Source of the DNA: Azolla caroliniana
Lineage: Eukaryota > Plantae > Polypodiophyta
Length of the DNA: 64,000 nucleotides
Assembly: GCA_043228905.1 (NCBI GenBank)
Contig: JBHGNT010000009.1
Location: 20,398,001-20,462,000, forward strand
Reading direction: 5' to 3'
Made by a program: the position numbers and the translations under genes. Below the pieces are notes generated by a model. That model made no database searches. It saw only the letters and a list, made by a program, of their open reading frames with translations, and was not told where the DNA came from. Shown here piece after piece: positions 12,501-24,517 of the stretch; positions within the stretch are counted from its first letter, which is position 1; each line of letters opens with the position of its first letter.

Positions 12501-15500
12501 ATTGTGGGTTCTGCCCTCAATAAGGATCCGTAGGGTGAGTATGTGGTCCAAAGTTGTGAACCCCTTCCGAAAGCCTGCCTGTCCAACTGAATGGCAGCCA
12601 TTCTACTCTGCCCATATACTCAATTCTGATTCTAGAATCGAGCCATATAGTTTAGCCAAGTAATGGCCAATCATGATTGTCCTATAGTTGCTTGGCATCA
12701 TGGGGTCTCCACTTTTGAGGATTGGCACAATGGTATGCTGAGTCCATCTAGTAGGGAAACCTTCACACATGGCTCTATTAAAGATGTGTGCTAGCAATGG
12801 GAGCAAGCTGTCGCGGGCATAGATAAAGTTCTCACCCACCAATCCATCATGATCTTGGGCCTTCCCAAATTGTAGCAGATCAATGGTATTTCTTACATTT
12901 TGTGGTGTAAAGAAGGTTAATTCATGTGGGAGTGATGCATTCGGGTGGGGAAGAGGAGGTTGCCTCGGGATATCATATAGAACCTTTGTATATTCATGCC
13001 ACACCTGAGGTGAGGTCAATTGTGTGGTGGGTTCCCTCTCATTAAACATTTTCCATGCTCTTTTACTCTCTTGTCCTAGGAACAAGCGATACAAAGGATC
13101 TTCAAATTTAGCCAAATACAATCTCTTCTTCTTCCGTACGAGGCGTTGGAAGGTTTCTCTTGCTTGGTTGTGTGTATAAATGCCCCAAGTTACATGACTC
13201 TGCAAGCATCTCCTTGTATCACGACATTCCTCATCATACCAACTGTTTTGTATTACTCTACCAAGTTTGGGGGGATTGGCTGTTGTGTGAGGGAAGGCAT
13301 TTTTGGCTGCTTTATGCAATGATTTGAACAATCCTTGGGTAAGTTCTTCAAGGGGTGCAAAAGGATCCAGAGCTAGCATGCCATTGTATACACCACAACT
13401 ATACACATCAATTGTCTCGTGAGTAAATAGATACTTAGCCAGCCCACTCTCCTTAGCATATACATCCTTTGTGCATCCATCCTTTACCTCGAAGCGTAGA
13501 TATGCATGATCAGCTGCCAAGCCAATAGGTCTACCCGATATAGTGAACACTTTTATTTTAGGTATAAGAGATGGAGATCCCATCTGTGCTTGCACCCCCT
13601 TTTGGGTTTCAACATGTCAAAGCATCTGATCCAGGCCATTGTGACAAGCCCTTATATATCACAAATCCATGCGCACTTCCCAAGGCTAGAAAGTGTTTTC
13701 CATATTCAGTTATAGCGCTCATATCTTGAGCTTGTCGCTTTAGACCAACCTCTTTTGCCATAACTTCTCCATAAACAGCCTCGTTGGTGTTAAACATAGG
13801 TGTTTGTTCATGCTTGGTTCGTGCAATGCTTTAGATATTTCGTTAGTATTCATAGCAATATCTGTGTTTTTCAATGTATCTTCAAAATATCCAACATCTG
13901 TCCGTAGAGAGCTGTTGCAATTCCATATGGTCATGCGTAGGGTCTCATAGGCCATATATCATCATGCGTTCTCTTCTCTGTAATAATGACCTTGCCATCT
14001 CTATATATGGCCCATTTTACTTCCTTTCTTGCATCAAGCACTCGTGGCATGTTTTCTTTGCGGTGTGCTACTTGGGCTGGAGTGAGAACGTCATCTAAGT
14101 ATATTTTTTCACCCTTGAGTGCCTTTCTTTTAGAGAGGAAAGCTTTTTTCTTGTCAATATCCATGAAGCAGATGATAAGGGCTTTAGCTCTAGACTTATC
14201 TCTTCCCATCCTCCACACCAAAGCAAATGGAATATGTGATGCTCCAATCTTTGTTCCGAGAAAGAAAGATATATTAACGTCTTTTACGAGGCCAAAATGG
14301 CCTATAAGACCAAATAAGAGATTATGTCTTAAAACGTTGTCTCATCTTTGAGAACAACAAAATCAAAATAAATGTAACTAAGCAAAAAAGTAAATAGAAA
14401 TAGAAATAGAGTAAGACATGACAGAATATCGTCATCTATTCATGAACTCAAATAAATTATATTGTCATTGTCTTTAAAAGATCTTTAGCATAGGTCGATA
14501 CAGAATGGAGAGAGCTTCAAAGCAAGGGAAGCACCTCATATATATATTGGTGGAAGATAGAGAAATGTATACAACTTTTAAAAGTCAGAATAGACTATAA
14601 GAGCAAAACAGAGATCACATCTTAAAATGCTGTCTCATCTTTGAGAAGAAAAAACAAAATAAATGTAACTGAACGAATACGTAAAATAATAGTGATGGAA
14701 GAATCCCACTATTTATACATATAAGATTCTCACGTCAGATAGATTATTAGAAAGAAAGAAAGAAAGACATATTAACGTCTTTTAAGAGTCCAAAATGGCC
14801 TATAAGACCAAACAAGAGATTACATCTTAAGTGTTGTCTCGTCTTTGAGAACAACAAATGAAAATAAAATAAGTATTACTAAGTAAATATAAAAAATTGC
14901 TATTGCCCGGGGCCGGGGCCTACGTGCACGACAAATTGCTATTGCCCGATCTATTGTAACCCCCCTTTCTTATGTCCTGGTTGGGAGCCCATTTGTGTTT
15001 CCCTAACTTAATATACAGAAAATTTGTTGACTTAGCTACTCCTAAATCACCAGCAAGTATGCTTGTCGCTAGTCCTTGTTGTATCTACATGATTTGTCTA
15101 TGTATATTCTCATGATTGGTTTTCCTGGTAGCTATGGGACGACAAAATTAGTGCAGAAAATTATTCCTGGGATGAATGCTATTTTAACAAATTATGTATG
15201 CACAGTTTTTTCGCTATTGAGATAGGTCGATGAATAAATAACATAAAACCGTTTGCTGTTTGTTAGTGGCATGTATGTGAATGAGCTTCCATCTGCCCTA
15301 GATTTACCAAACTCTTACATTGAAGGAATAATTTTTCTCTAGGTATCCTGATTCAAAGATTGCAAACATATTGGAGGGTGGTCCACCGCATTTGCGTCTG
15401 GAATCTTGGTACAGGCCACTACAAATGGCATACAATAGGAAGCTTCCTACAAAGGTAATTATATGTAGAAATTTTCTTGGCTTCAGTGATTTCAAGAATT

Positions 15501-15782
15501 ATTGATATATTTTTTATGTTATTTCTCAAGGAACTTATGCCCTTTGGACCAATAATACCAAGTGATATATCATTTGTTAAAAAGAAGCAAGAGACGATGC
15601 TGGAGAAGGCATCGTCAGTACAATCTAGAAGAAAGTCCAGGAATCAGGTTTTGCTTAATATTCTACAAAAACATCGTGAATCAGTCCCAAATGCACAAAT
15701 ATTTCAGCCTTTAACTCTCTTCAGTGATATCTCGTGCTGTAGGAATCTCCACCTAGGCTTTCGTTGCCACGATTCCGACTGA
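3589..15782 (+). CDS. WD40-repeat protein, WDR49/WDR64/WDY(EFCAB8)-like, 3' portion; exons 3589-3663, 3746-3877, 4277-4387, 5156-5224, 6415-6480, 8403-8531, 8700-8761, 9267-9587, 15343-15454, 15531-15782
   Basis: GT-AG exons join in frame: NEVSCVACLEEGKVKFVGAGGWNGKVCIW...GHSDDIICMAIFPPNCFATGSYDGKVIVWK...FTSDIKGYVKAW...FRAHHGTIVSMIF...LILTAS...RLWTDTGIKIGQFGQSNTW. WD repeats are clear; the subfamily is from recalled motifs. The start lies upstream. Confidence 0.8.
4440..4594 (+). mobile_element. 5'-truncated RTE-X LINE 3' tail ending in (CTTT)n
   Basis: Reverse complement of the AGAAAG...ATATTAACGTCTTTTAAGAGGCCAAAATGGCCTATAAGACC...TTGTCTCGTCTTTGAGAACAA motif that terminates the long LINE at ~10413. 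Confidence 0.8.
5487..5960 (+). mobile_element. Old RTE-X LINE RT fragment
   Basis: LISYSFTRIQRHLESLHAFYEEKNLLENLCKAKFMIFNTTEAW aligns by eye with LISDSLEGLQRHLNALKLFCTDKGLSINMDKTKVMVFNTTQA of ORF 12048-12296. Confidence 0.7.
6516..8165 (-). mobile_element. RTE-X LINE fragments: two 3' tails (~6516, ~6770) plus an ORF2 segment (~7250-8160)
   Basis: Tail motif present twice; ORFs 7567-7866, 7772-7987 and 7980-8177 are near-identical to parts of ORF 12603-13595 (e.g. KLGRVIQNSWYDEECRDTRRCLQ). Confidence 0.85.
10413..14258 (-). mobile_element. Long but disrupted RTE-X-like LINE (ORF1 C-terminus, APE endonuclease start, RT, C-terminal Cys/His domain, 3' UTR with (CTTT)n tail)
   Basis: ORF1-like KALKGEKIYLDDVLTPAQVAHRKE...YRDGKVII (13931-14221); APE start MTIWNCNSSL; RT motifs IVPILKSGDPMMPSNYRTI, DFRKAFD, LLYADA, YTYLGVTF, LFDTLVTPTLLYGVETWG; C-terminal LRTSSHQLQIEVGRY...ERICQLC...ESEEHYVCH; several frameshifts and stops. 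Confidence 0.9.
14259..15002 (-). mobile_element. Three stacked short RTE-X 3'-end copies (~14259, ~14590, ~14748)
   Basis: The same tail motif is repeated head-to-tail; 14895-15000 duplicates 10768-10860 of the long copy. Confidence 0.8.
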
Positions 15783-17860
15783 ATCATACTGCACAAACAT
15801 TTTCTACTATAAAAAGTGATACTTGTTCACCAAGAAGTATGGCTAGTTTCGGCCTGCGTGGGGATACATGGTGAAAGTGGAAGTGATTGTATCTGTTCTT
15901 GGTTGGATTGTAGAGTAATATAAAATTCAATCACAGGTTTACATACAACAACCAATTAGTAGCAATTAACCAAAGGAGGGCGATAGATTGGTCATGGAAC
16001 CATAAAAGATATATTTCCAAGGAAGAACTGCATTTCATAAGCTACTGAATCCATAGGTTACATTCTTCAATATGTCCATGATATACAAATGATGGGTCTA
16101 TTGCTATGGGACAAAGGCATGGTTATTTTGTTGTCTATTAACCAGAAGGGTTTCCCAAATTTCCCAGTTTCTTTGTCACAATTGTTGCATGCATTTTCCC
16201 CAGATTTTATTACTATGTTTCTTGATGCCACAATATTTCTATGTTACTTGATGCAGCCATGCACATGAAAACTCCATGTGTAATATGGAACGCCATGATA
16301 CTATGTCATTCAGTATGTAATTCTTGCAATGTTCATCATGAAGATGAATATCAACATTATGAGGTCTTCATAACCATGAAGGTTTTATGTTGTCATTCTA
16401 CCTTAATCTAAGATTGGTCACAAATTATAAAGAGAGATAAAATGTTGTCTCACTTGAGCTAACAATTTGGTGCTATATAATTTACGTAGTGTACCTTCAA
16501 TGTGTAACCTTATTGAATACACATGATGTAGTCTTTGTGAATGTTGATTAGGTACATACATGTTTATGTTGGCTTCATATTCAAACTTGGTGTCAATACT
16601 CATTTTGTCAAATTCTCATTGCTATGCCCCTTACAATTTGCCACTACGGAAAAATAGGTAATTGTTTAAGCTACATGATGACAATAAAAACTCATGCATC
16701 AAAATAGAATGTGTAAAACATATATTGCTACATGGCCATATGGATTTATGCTCAATGTGCATGTGACATAATTGTGATATTATAGGATACTTTTTACACA
16801 ATGAAGGAACCAATCATTTGAAGGTAATAGGAAGGTGTCTAAAGTCATGTGGGCGCTTTCTACTATTGGTTGATGATGTCTTTGGTTACTTGTGATGGTA
16901 GGAAGCTTTGTTTTTATAATTATGAGTTTGCAATTGTGACAAATGATTTATCATTGAGCTGAAAATTCAATTCTATTAATTGGGTTTTGTGTCTTGGGGT
17001 AAGCTGCAAACAATATGTGTGTGTGTGTGTGTACTTGGAAGTCAAATTCATCTCAAACCGAAGGATCTTTGGCCTTATTCATTTTGTATTAAGATGAAAG
17101 TTTTTTGGCAAAAAAACTAGGTTGTAGATAGGGTTTGTAATGTTTATTCTTCTTTATCGGAGTATCTATGAACATATTTCAAAAGTGTATAACATTATGT
17201 CTTATATGATGCTTTTACTTCAACCCTTTGGGTTGTTGAAAGTGAATAATTCATATATTTAGAAGAAGTGCATATTGCATGTTGTGATCTATCTCGTTGA
17301 CACGGCTTTATCGCAATGCAAAGGTTGTTTTGTCATCCCCGTGGGTTGGTTTGTTAGCTCGCCTCTTCACAAAACAATGATGATTTTGTCCCTTTATCAA
17401 ATGACAAGCAATGTCCATTACCCATAAAAGCATGCAAGTAACTAACTATTAAGACTCCAAAATGGTTAAAAGTAGACATATTAAGGCACCAGTACATACA
17501 AACAACTACCACCACTATGCTCTCAAGTATTGAGGCCCATCAACTTGTATATTCCGAGCCCATCGTCTTGTCTTGCGAGTCCGTCGAATCTAATCAGCTC
17601 CTCAGCCGATGTTGCACTATCAATTGTAAGTTACGTAGCGAATGTGCTAGAACTGAATGAAGTGGACGACATTAGGCAAGCAAAAGAATAGAAAGGGTTA
17701 TTTGGATATTTGGATAGGCATGGGAGGCAGGCGAGGTCCCGTGTGGTCCATGTCCTCTCCTAGTGCTAAATTTCTCGTGGGGCCGGACATTAAATTAGGA
17801 CCCGGCCCATTGAGGAGGCCCCCTTCATTAATGGGAATCTCTGCAGAAACGCTGCTGCAA

Positions 17861-18032
17861 AAGCTTCAGAAACGCGTTTCCGGGAAGACAAGAAACGGGC
17901 ACAGAAATATTTCCCATTTTCTTTGTCTCTCTCTTTCCGTTTCTGCAAGCTTCAGAAACGCGTTTCCGGAAAGATAAGAAACGGACACAGAAATATTTCC
18001 CATTTTCTGCAGAAACGGAAAGAGAGACAAAA
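17861..18032. repeat. 86-bp direct duplication plus ~25-bp inverted repeat in the promoter/5' region of the synergin-like gene
   Basis: AAGCTTCAGAAACGCGTTTCCGG...CACAGAAATATTTCCCATTTTCT at 17861 and 17947; TTTGTCTCTCTCTTTCCGTTTCTGCA (~17922) versus TGCAGAAACGGAAAGAGAGACAAA (~18008). Confidence 0.8.
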
Positions 18033-18307
18033 AGAGTAATCGCCACAGTTGTACGTATCTCCATTCTTCAGCAGAAACGGGGGGAGAGAGAGAGTAATTT
18101 CTGAGAGAGAGAGAGAGAGATCACCACAGTAATATCTCCATTCTTCAGCAGAAACGGGGAGATGGAGAGAGAGAGAGAGAGGGTAGTTTCTGCTTCGACG
18201 ATGCTCACTTTGATCAGATCCGTTTCAAGAAAGCATGTACCTCGGACTAGCCATGGCGGAGAATAGCAGGGAAAGGAGGAGGAGGAGGAGGAGGAGGAAA
18301 AGAAGCT

Positions 18308-21300
18308 ATGGATCCTCTATCTGTTCATGCGATGACTCCTAACACCACTGCTACTAACCGAGGCCTTCTTGATTACAATTTCTCCTTTTCTTCCCTTCCC
18401 AAGAAACGGGAACCATTTGATCTTTCCATTTTCTCCGCTGCACCTTCTTCTATATCCATGGCTCCTTCAACGGGTTTGATCAGGCCGAGTGATGTTCGTG
18501 ATGATGATTTTGGTGACTTTGAGTCTGGTCCTGCCGTTTCTTTTGTTTCTCCTAGACATACTAATGATGATCATGATGATGATTTCGGTGACTTTGAGTC
18601 TGTTCCTGCCATGTCGTTTGTTTCTCCAAGCATTATTATGACGCCTGATTCCTCCTCTTCAAACCCTACACAGGATCTCCATGGATCGTCCACAGGAATG
18701 CTAGATTCTTTCGCAGCTCCATCAACTGGTGGCCATATCATGAGTGAAAGTTTAGATACTTTCAGCCATTTCACTGCTGTGAAGAGCATTTCCACTTATT
18801 CTTCTTCGTCGTCACTCTGGTTAAACAAAGAAAGTAATGATCTTGACGTATCTAAGCTCAAATCAAGTTCTGTAGATTCGGATATTTTTAACAAGAATGT
18901 ATCTTCCAACCTATTCGACAATTTTGCTTCAACAAATGCACATAGTTCAAGTGAAACTGTTGGCATTTTCAGTGATTTCATCACCAGTTCCTCGTCTTTC
19001 CAGGTAAAGAAAGAAAATACCTATCTTGATGCCTCTATGACGAACTCTGTGGATGCATATTTTCATATACATAGAAAGAACATTTCTCCTGAGGACTCAT
19101 TTGGCAATTTCTCTTCAAAAAATGCTCATTTTACTGGTGCAAATGTAGACATTTTCAGCAAACCCAGTGCTTCAATTGACAGTTCTTCTTCACTGCAGTT
19201 GAAGAAAGAAAGTAAAGCCCATGGTGGATTGAAGGCCAAAAATGGGGATATGGATTCTGATCTGGATACAATGAAGCGTTCTTCTGAGAACATATTTGAC
19301 AATTTTACGTTACCAAGCAAAATAACCATCCCATCGGATGGAGGAAATTTTGGTGATTTCCCAAATGTAGAAAGCAATGTCGATTCTGATGATTTGTTTT
19401 ACAAATTTGCTCCTTCAGATCCATCTGTTAAAGTCACGTCAGTGGTTGTCATCCCAAATATAAGTGTTAAAACTGTCCAGGAAGACCTGTTTTCCAAATT
19501 CTCTGATAGTTCAGCCCTGCAATCAATCAAAGAAGTTACCCACTTTGGTGGAAACAATGGAATGTCGTTGAAGACAAGCTTAGAAGATGATTGGGGGGAT
19601 TTTGTAGAATACTCGGTTTCAGCAGCAACCAGCACAACTCAACACAGCACAGATGATATTGAGCCAAATCGAAATAATGTATGGGGAAGTAATAGTGATA
19701 CAAGCACTCCTTTTGTGAAAACAGAAAGCTTAAATGGAAATGCGAGAGAAGATATGTTTACTGGCCTTGACCCCTTTGATAGAGATAGCTCTTCATATTT
19801 AAAGGCAAATAATACACTTGTCCTGGGAAACATGGATTCAGATGATCTGAAAGGCAATGCGAAGACAGCATTCAAAACATCAGAGTTACAGAGAACACTA
19901 TCAGAGAATCTAACGGGAGAAGTTAGAATAGGCTCATTAATTGAAACATCTGCACCAATTCCTTTGTCTTTATTTGGTGAAGAAGAGCCAGAGGTTGAGG
20001 ATTGTAGAGATGAACCTTTGCAACCTGTAACTCAGCATTTCCAAGGGCGTTCCAGAAGAAAATCCTTCAGCATTGGTTCATTGCCTTCAGGTGATGGAGT
20101 AAACTTTTCTGAAATGATTGCATCTCTCTACCCAGTAGCCGGGCCAGAATCATTTGAGAACAATGTGTTTCAAATGAACAATGAGGATAAAGAACATGAA
20201 CCAAATGCTGAAATGAAGAAAAAAAAAAGTGTGCTTGATGGAATAGAGGATAATTGTAACTCATCTGAGGGGGGCTTTCGAAACCATAGTTTGGAAGAAG
20301 ACTTGTTTGATCTGAATTTGGCGCCTTCATCCAATCAAGGCTACGTGCAGGTAATTTTATATAGAGAGTGATTGTACTTTAGATATTTCAGTTTAGAAAT
20401 GATTAATTGCATTTCCTCTCTTGATTGTGTTTTCATTCTATATTATAAGGTCTAGGCTAACGGCTTTTAAACATATATATTTTACATTCTTCTAGGTTTT
20501 AAAGTTTGATTATGTACGCTTAATACCATCCACAAGTCCACTTTGAAGAAACCCTTGAAACAGAATTCGCAGCTTTCATTTTTAACAGCTGATTTTTTTC
20601 TTGGAAATAAGAGTTTTTAAACACTACATTAACAAAGTGAGTATTCCAAACGAGAAAGTAAAAAATGGGACACAGAGGAAAGGCTTGAGTAGCTTGTAAT
20701 GGAGTTTGTTTGCACACATCCACTGCAAGAAAAGAAAGTCTTGGGATTCATAGAGCATCAGATTTTATCATCGTGAGCACAAAGTTGTTGTGTTTGTTTT
20801 AGCCTATATGATTTATCTGTTTTTATAAGCATGGTATAGGTTTTTATATTATCCCTTTCTATATAAGTGTGCGACTTTATTTACGGAGTTTCTATGATAA
20901 TGAAAGTTTTCAATTTCTGAACAAAATTATGTCTTATAACATAGTATTGTTATGTCCATGGCTTATGGTGTCCTAAACTCTGTATAAACTATTTTATGTT
21001 CTAAACTCTATTTATCATATTTTATAATTTTCCAAACGTTTCCAACTTAGCCTATCCCCATTGTTCTGCTCCATGCATGTGCTTGTTTTCATTCCTATCA
21101 TGGCCAATATACTCAGCTTCCTCTGTAGTGCAAACAGATAAAATTGCAATAATATTGTGACGGAGATAAATGAGAAGAATGAAATCTTCTGAAAATGAGA
21201 AAGAGATAGCCAATACAATCACATGGACTAAGGGTTGTGTCCGGTTATATTGTTATTGGTGAACAAGTTTTGATTTTAAAAAATCATCCTGTAAGTCCAT

Positions 21301-23807
21301 GAGTACTGAACAGTTTTGCCTCTTTTCACATGATTAGAATTTGATCAGAAGAGTTCACCTGGTTTCACATAACTTCCACAAGATTCCATCAAAGTCATGG
21401 TTTAGAGCACCTAATGAGCAGTCAGGGTGTGGGTAAACAAACTTCTAATGATCTGTCTGTTTCATAAATAAAATTGCAATATTTGAATATTAGTTATGCA
21501 AAGACACTTGAGGTTAACACATCAAACATGCTATTCAGGCAAGAAGCCATACTTACTCATATTTAGAGAAAACTATTCCACTATAAACATGTTTCAAGAG
21601 TTATACCTACAGAGATCAGAGTAGGAATGGGATCTTGCTTACATCTTGATGGCTGAGATTTTGAAATGAACCAACAAGTCTATAGGAAGTACATACAACA
21701 TAGGAGCTAGCTAGTGTATCGACCATCAACACCCAGGTTGTTCAAACCAAATGGAGGTAGAAGGCCAAATACAAGGTAGTCCCTACTTTAGAAACGTACA
21801 ATCCTAGATTGGTTAGACAAGAGTTTGTAGATCTTGAGGATTAAAATTTGGAAGAGTCTTTCTTCTTCTGGGCACAATTCCCACAATTCTAATCGTGACT
21901 TCTCAGAACTGATAAGAAGTATATCAGCATTCTTGAATGAGGACCTCGTGTAGGTGTCTACAATGGTGCTATAAATGGATGACCTTGTTCTCTCATGTGT
22001 GGCGGTGATGAAATTGTTCAGCCAGAATAAGGAGGCTTTGACCACTGAGTTGAGATGATAACTTTACAGGTCATTGTTCATGCATTTTTGTCTCCAAGAG
22101 CTAGAGAAGATTGTCTATTTTCTGTCTTCTTTTGTATTTTGCTATTATTCCTACTGTAGTTTGGTGACTGCGCATGAAACTGGTTTAGTTTGAACAAGTT
22201 AAACTGATAGATGGCTTTATATATGTAGGATGATTCTTGTGCCAAAGAAGAAGGGAATGAGGAAGCTATGTCTGCTTCATTATTGAGTAGAGCTTCTGTT
22301 GATGATCAACACATATTTATCAAGGCTTGGGCTGATGTCTTGGCAGTTTGTGCATCTGAGCTTCAACATGCTTCAAATGTATGGAGTCAGGCACAGAACG
22401 AGAGTGTCCAACTAGATTTTCTCGCTAATCATGAAGGTTGTCTATTTAATTTTACTAAATGTGATGCCTCTTAGCTTATGCAAGTGCACTATTCTCTTGC
22501 AAACTCTCTAAATTTGGTACATTTTTCGCAGCCCAAAGGTACTTTGCTGCAATTGGGCAAATATATGTGGTTTCTCTGATTCTTGCCTTGACTTTAAATA
22601 TATGCAAGTCTTGGTTGAGAGTCGATTCAAAGGAAAGTGAAAACCTACTAGCCAGTCTACGATCTTGTAAAGAAACATGGGTGCAAACAAATCTGAAAGA
22701 GGCAGTTCGGTTTTCTCTTGATGCATTAAAAGACTCGCTTCCAAGATCACTTGTTTCTTGGAAAGGTATTGAAGATTTCCCATCAACTGCACAGACCATG
22801 TGTACTCAAGCTCCTGGCTATTCAGATCTCATTTGCAGACTGTCATTATTGCCATTGCTTCCTTTCACTGGTGAGTACCATTAATTAATGGCAAAAACTC
22901 CAAAATATGATTGAAAATCCGTATTTCCCTGAATGCCATGGGTCAACCTCAAAAGAGATATGGAGGATGAATGCTTAGGTAATTGGGAGAAAAAAGGCTG
23001 AATTGACCCTGTAATTTGTTCAAATAACGTGTATAATTGCTCAAGAGGGGGTTGACCAAAGGCATTTGGGGGAGATAATGAAAATTTAGGGGCCCTTGGG
23101 AAATAAAGAAAAACTTAGGACTGTTTCGGAGATTCTCTTAATGAGGTAGGAGGCGAATAGAGAGAAATTAATTTATTAGTTCGGAATGATTAATGGATGC
23201 AAGACATCAATTGCTACTTAACAATCGGCAACGGTTCAAACCGAACCGTTTACAAGTTTTGAAACCTGAACCAAACCATGAAACTGTTAAACCAAACCGT
23301 TAAATATTTTGCAAACCGTTAAACCACTAAACCGTAAAAACTGCGGTTTCGGTTTTTCAACATAGGTCAAATTTTAATTTTTTAATTTTTAATTTTGTTA
23401 AGATGTTCCTAAAATGTGAGAATAACTTATAAGGTCTAAAAATTAAAAACAATTTTTTAAATTGATTAAATTTTTTTAAAAGAAATAAAAAATAAAAAAC
23501 TGTTTAAACCGCGGTTTCTGACTGTTAAAACCGAACTGAACCGTTTTAAAAAACCTGAACCAAACTGTTGCCGATTGTTAATTGCTAGATTTTCATGCAG
23601 AAACCAACCACGCGTTCTAACTCAGTTTTCTTTGTCTGTTGTTGCCACTATTTCTAACCACATGTTGATCATTATGGTTTAGACACAGGCTTATCAACAA
23701 TTCAATGGTCTGGATCATCTTATTTTCTGCCCTTGGCTAATGTATGGGCCCAATATGTGTCAAACGAAGCTCCATTGGTGCCATCAATACAGTTACAGAG
23801 TTGTTAA
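18308..23807 (+). CDS. Synergin-gamma-like AP-1 accessory protein (At1g54920-like); exons 18308-20350, 22229-22436, 22532-22870, 23689-23807
   Basis: Long acidic low-complexity N-terminus with repeated DDDFGDF/DDWGDF/FGNF gamma-ear-binding-type motifs and PIPLSLFGEEE; spliced C-terminus ICRLSLLPLLPFTGLSTIQWSGSSYFLPLANVWAQYVSNEAPLVP; splice phases consistent. Confidence 0.8.
22891..23137. mobile_element. Probable foldback MITE in intron
   Basis: Imperfect inverted arms, e.g. AATGCCATGGGTCAACCTC versus GGGGTTGACCAAAGGCATT; TTAAT flanks both sides. Confidence 0.4.
23219..23580. mobile_element. Non-autonomous hAT-like MITE with AACCG-rich subterminal repeats
   Basis: TIR TAACAATCGGCAAC...GTTGCCGATTGTTA; near 8-bp TSD ATTGCTAC/ATTGCTAG (one extra T on the left); many AACCG/CGGTT motifs. 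Confidence 0.75.
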
Positions 23808-24287
23808 TTCACATGTTTTTCTTTTAAGTGGCCAGTTCTTTCTTGATGAGAAATTTTGATTATGATCTTTAGCAAGAAAGAAAAAATGAGTTGTCCTCAT
23901 TTTAAGGCCTGGTTTTTGTACCATAAGTGGCAGCCAATTTTCCTTTGCGTTGTCTTTTGGTTCTGTTATACATTTGATTGTATATTAACATTTATTTGAG
24001 ATAACCTTTTTCCATTGATTCCATTAGAATTCTTTGATTTGAAAATCACACTATTTTTGTGATCTCTATTATTGATTAATATTTCAAGAACTTATTATGG
24101 GCAAAGGATTGTAGCAGATATTAGAATGACAAATATCAGAGTGCTCCAAGCTTCCTGTTTCTTCGGTTGATGAAATATATTATTCCTATGCTTTTTCAAC
24201 TCAGATGAGATGCTTCTACACTTGTTCCAGTTTTGCATGGCGTACAAATCAGTTAAAGATCAATTGAAGTGTTAACGACAAATAGAC

Positions 24288-24517
24288 AGTAGACATTTTG
24301 TCCAGAGAAATTCTACGATCAGTCTTGTCCAAAGCAAAGCAATGTGAAAATAGTGTTTCTTTTTCAATTAGAGTCAACCTACCTTTTGTACAACAAGTAG
24401 ACATTTTGTCCATAGACATTCTACAATCAGTCTTGTCCAAAGCAAAGCAATGTGAAAATAATGTTTCTTATTCAATTAGAGTCAACCTACCTTTTGTACA
24501 ACAAGTAGACATTTTGT
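24288..24517. repeat. 108-bp tandem duplication (about 2.1 copies)
   Basis: AGTAGACATTTTGT recurs at 24288, 24396 and 24504 with near-identical intervening sequence. Confidence 0.9.

Noticed and set aside
6516-15002. CRISPR-like or satellite array from the recurring AGAGGCCAAAATGGCCTATAAGACC motif
   Set aside because: Irregular spacing, eukaryotic context, and the motif is the 3' UTR of the LINE.
16050-16950. Short minus-strand ORFs suggesting a decayed transposon
   Set aside because: No recognisable motif, TIR or TSD.
18571-20330. Several minus-strand ORFs inside the synergin-like exon 1
   Set aside because: Antisense shadows of a long low-complexity coding exon.
21788-22045. Minus-strand ORF in the synergin-like intron with faint similarity (SSEKSRLE...PEEERLFQI) to the RTE-X C-terminus
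   Set aside because: Too degenerate to call without an alignment; not a host gene.
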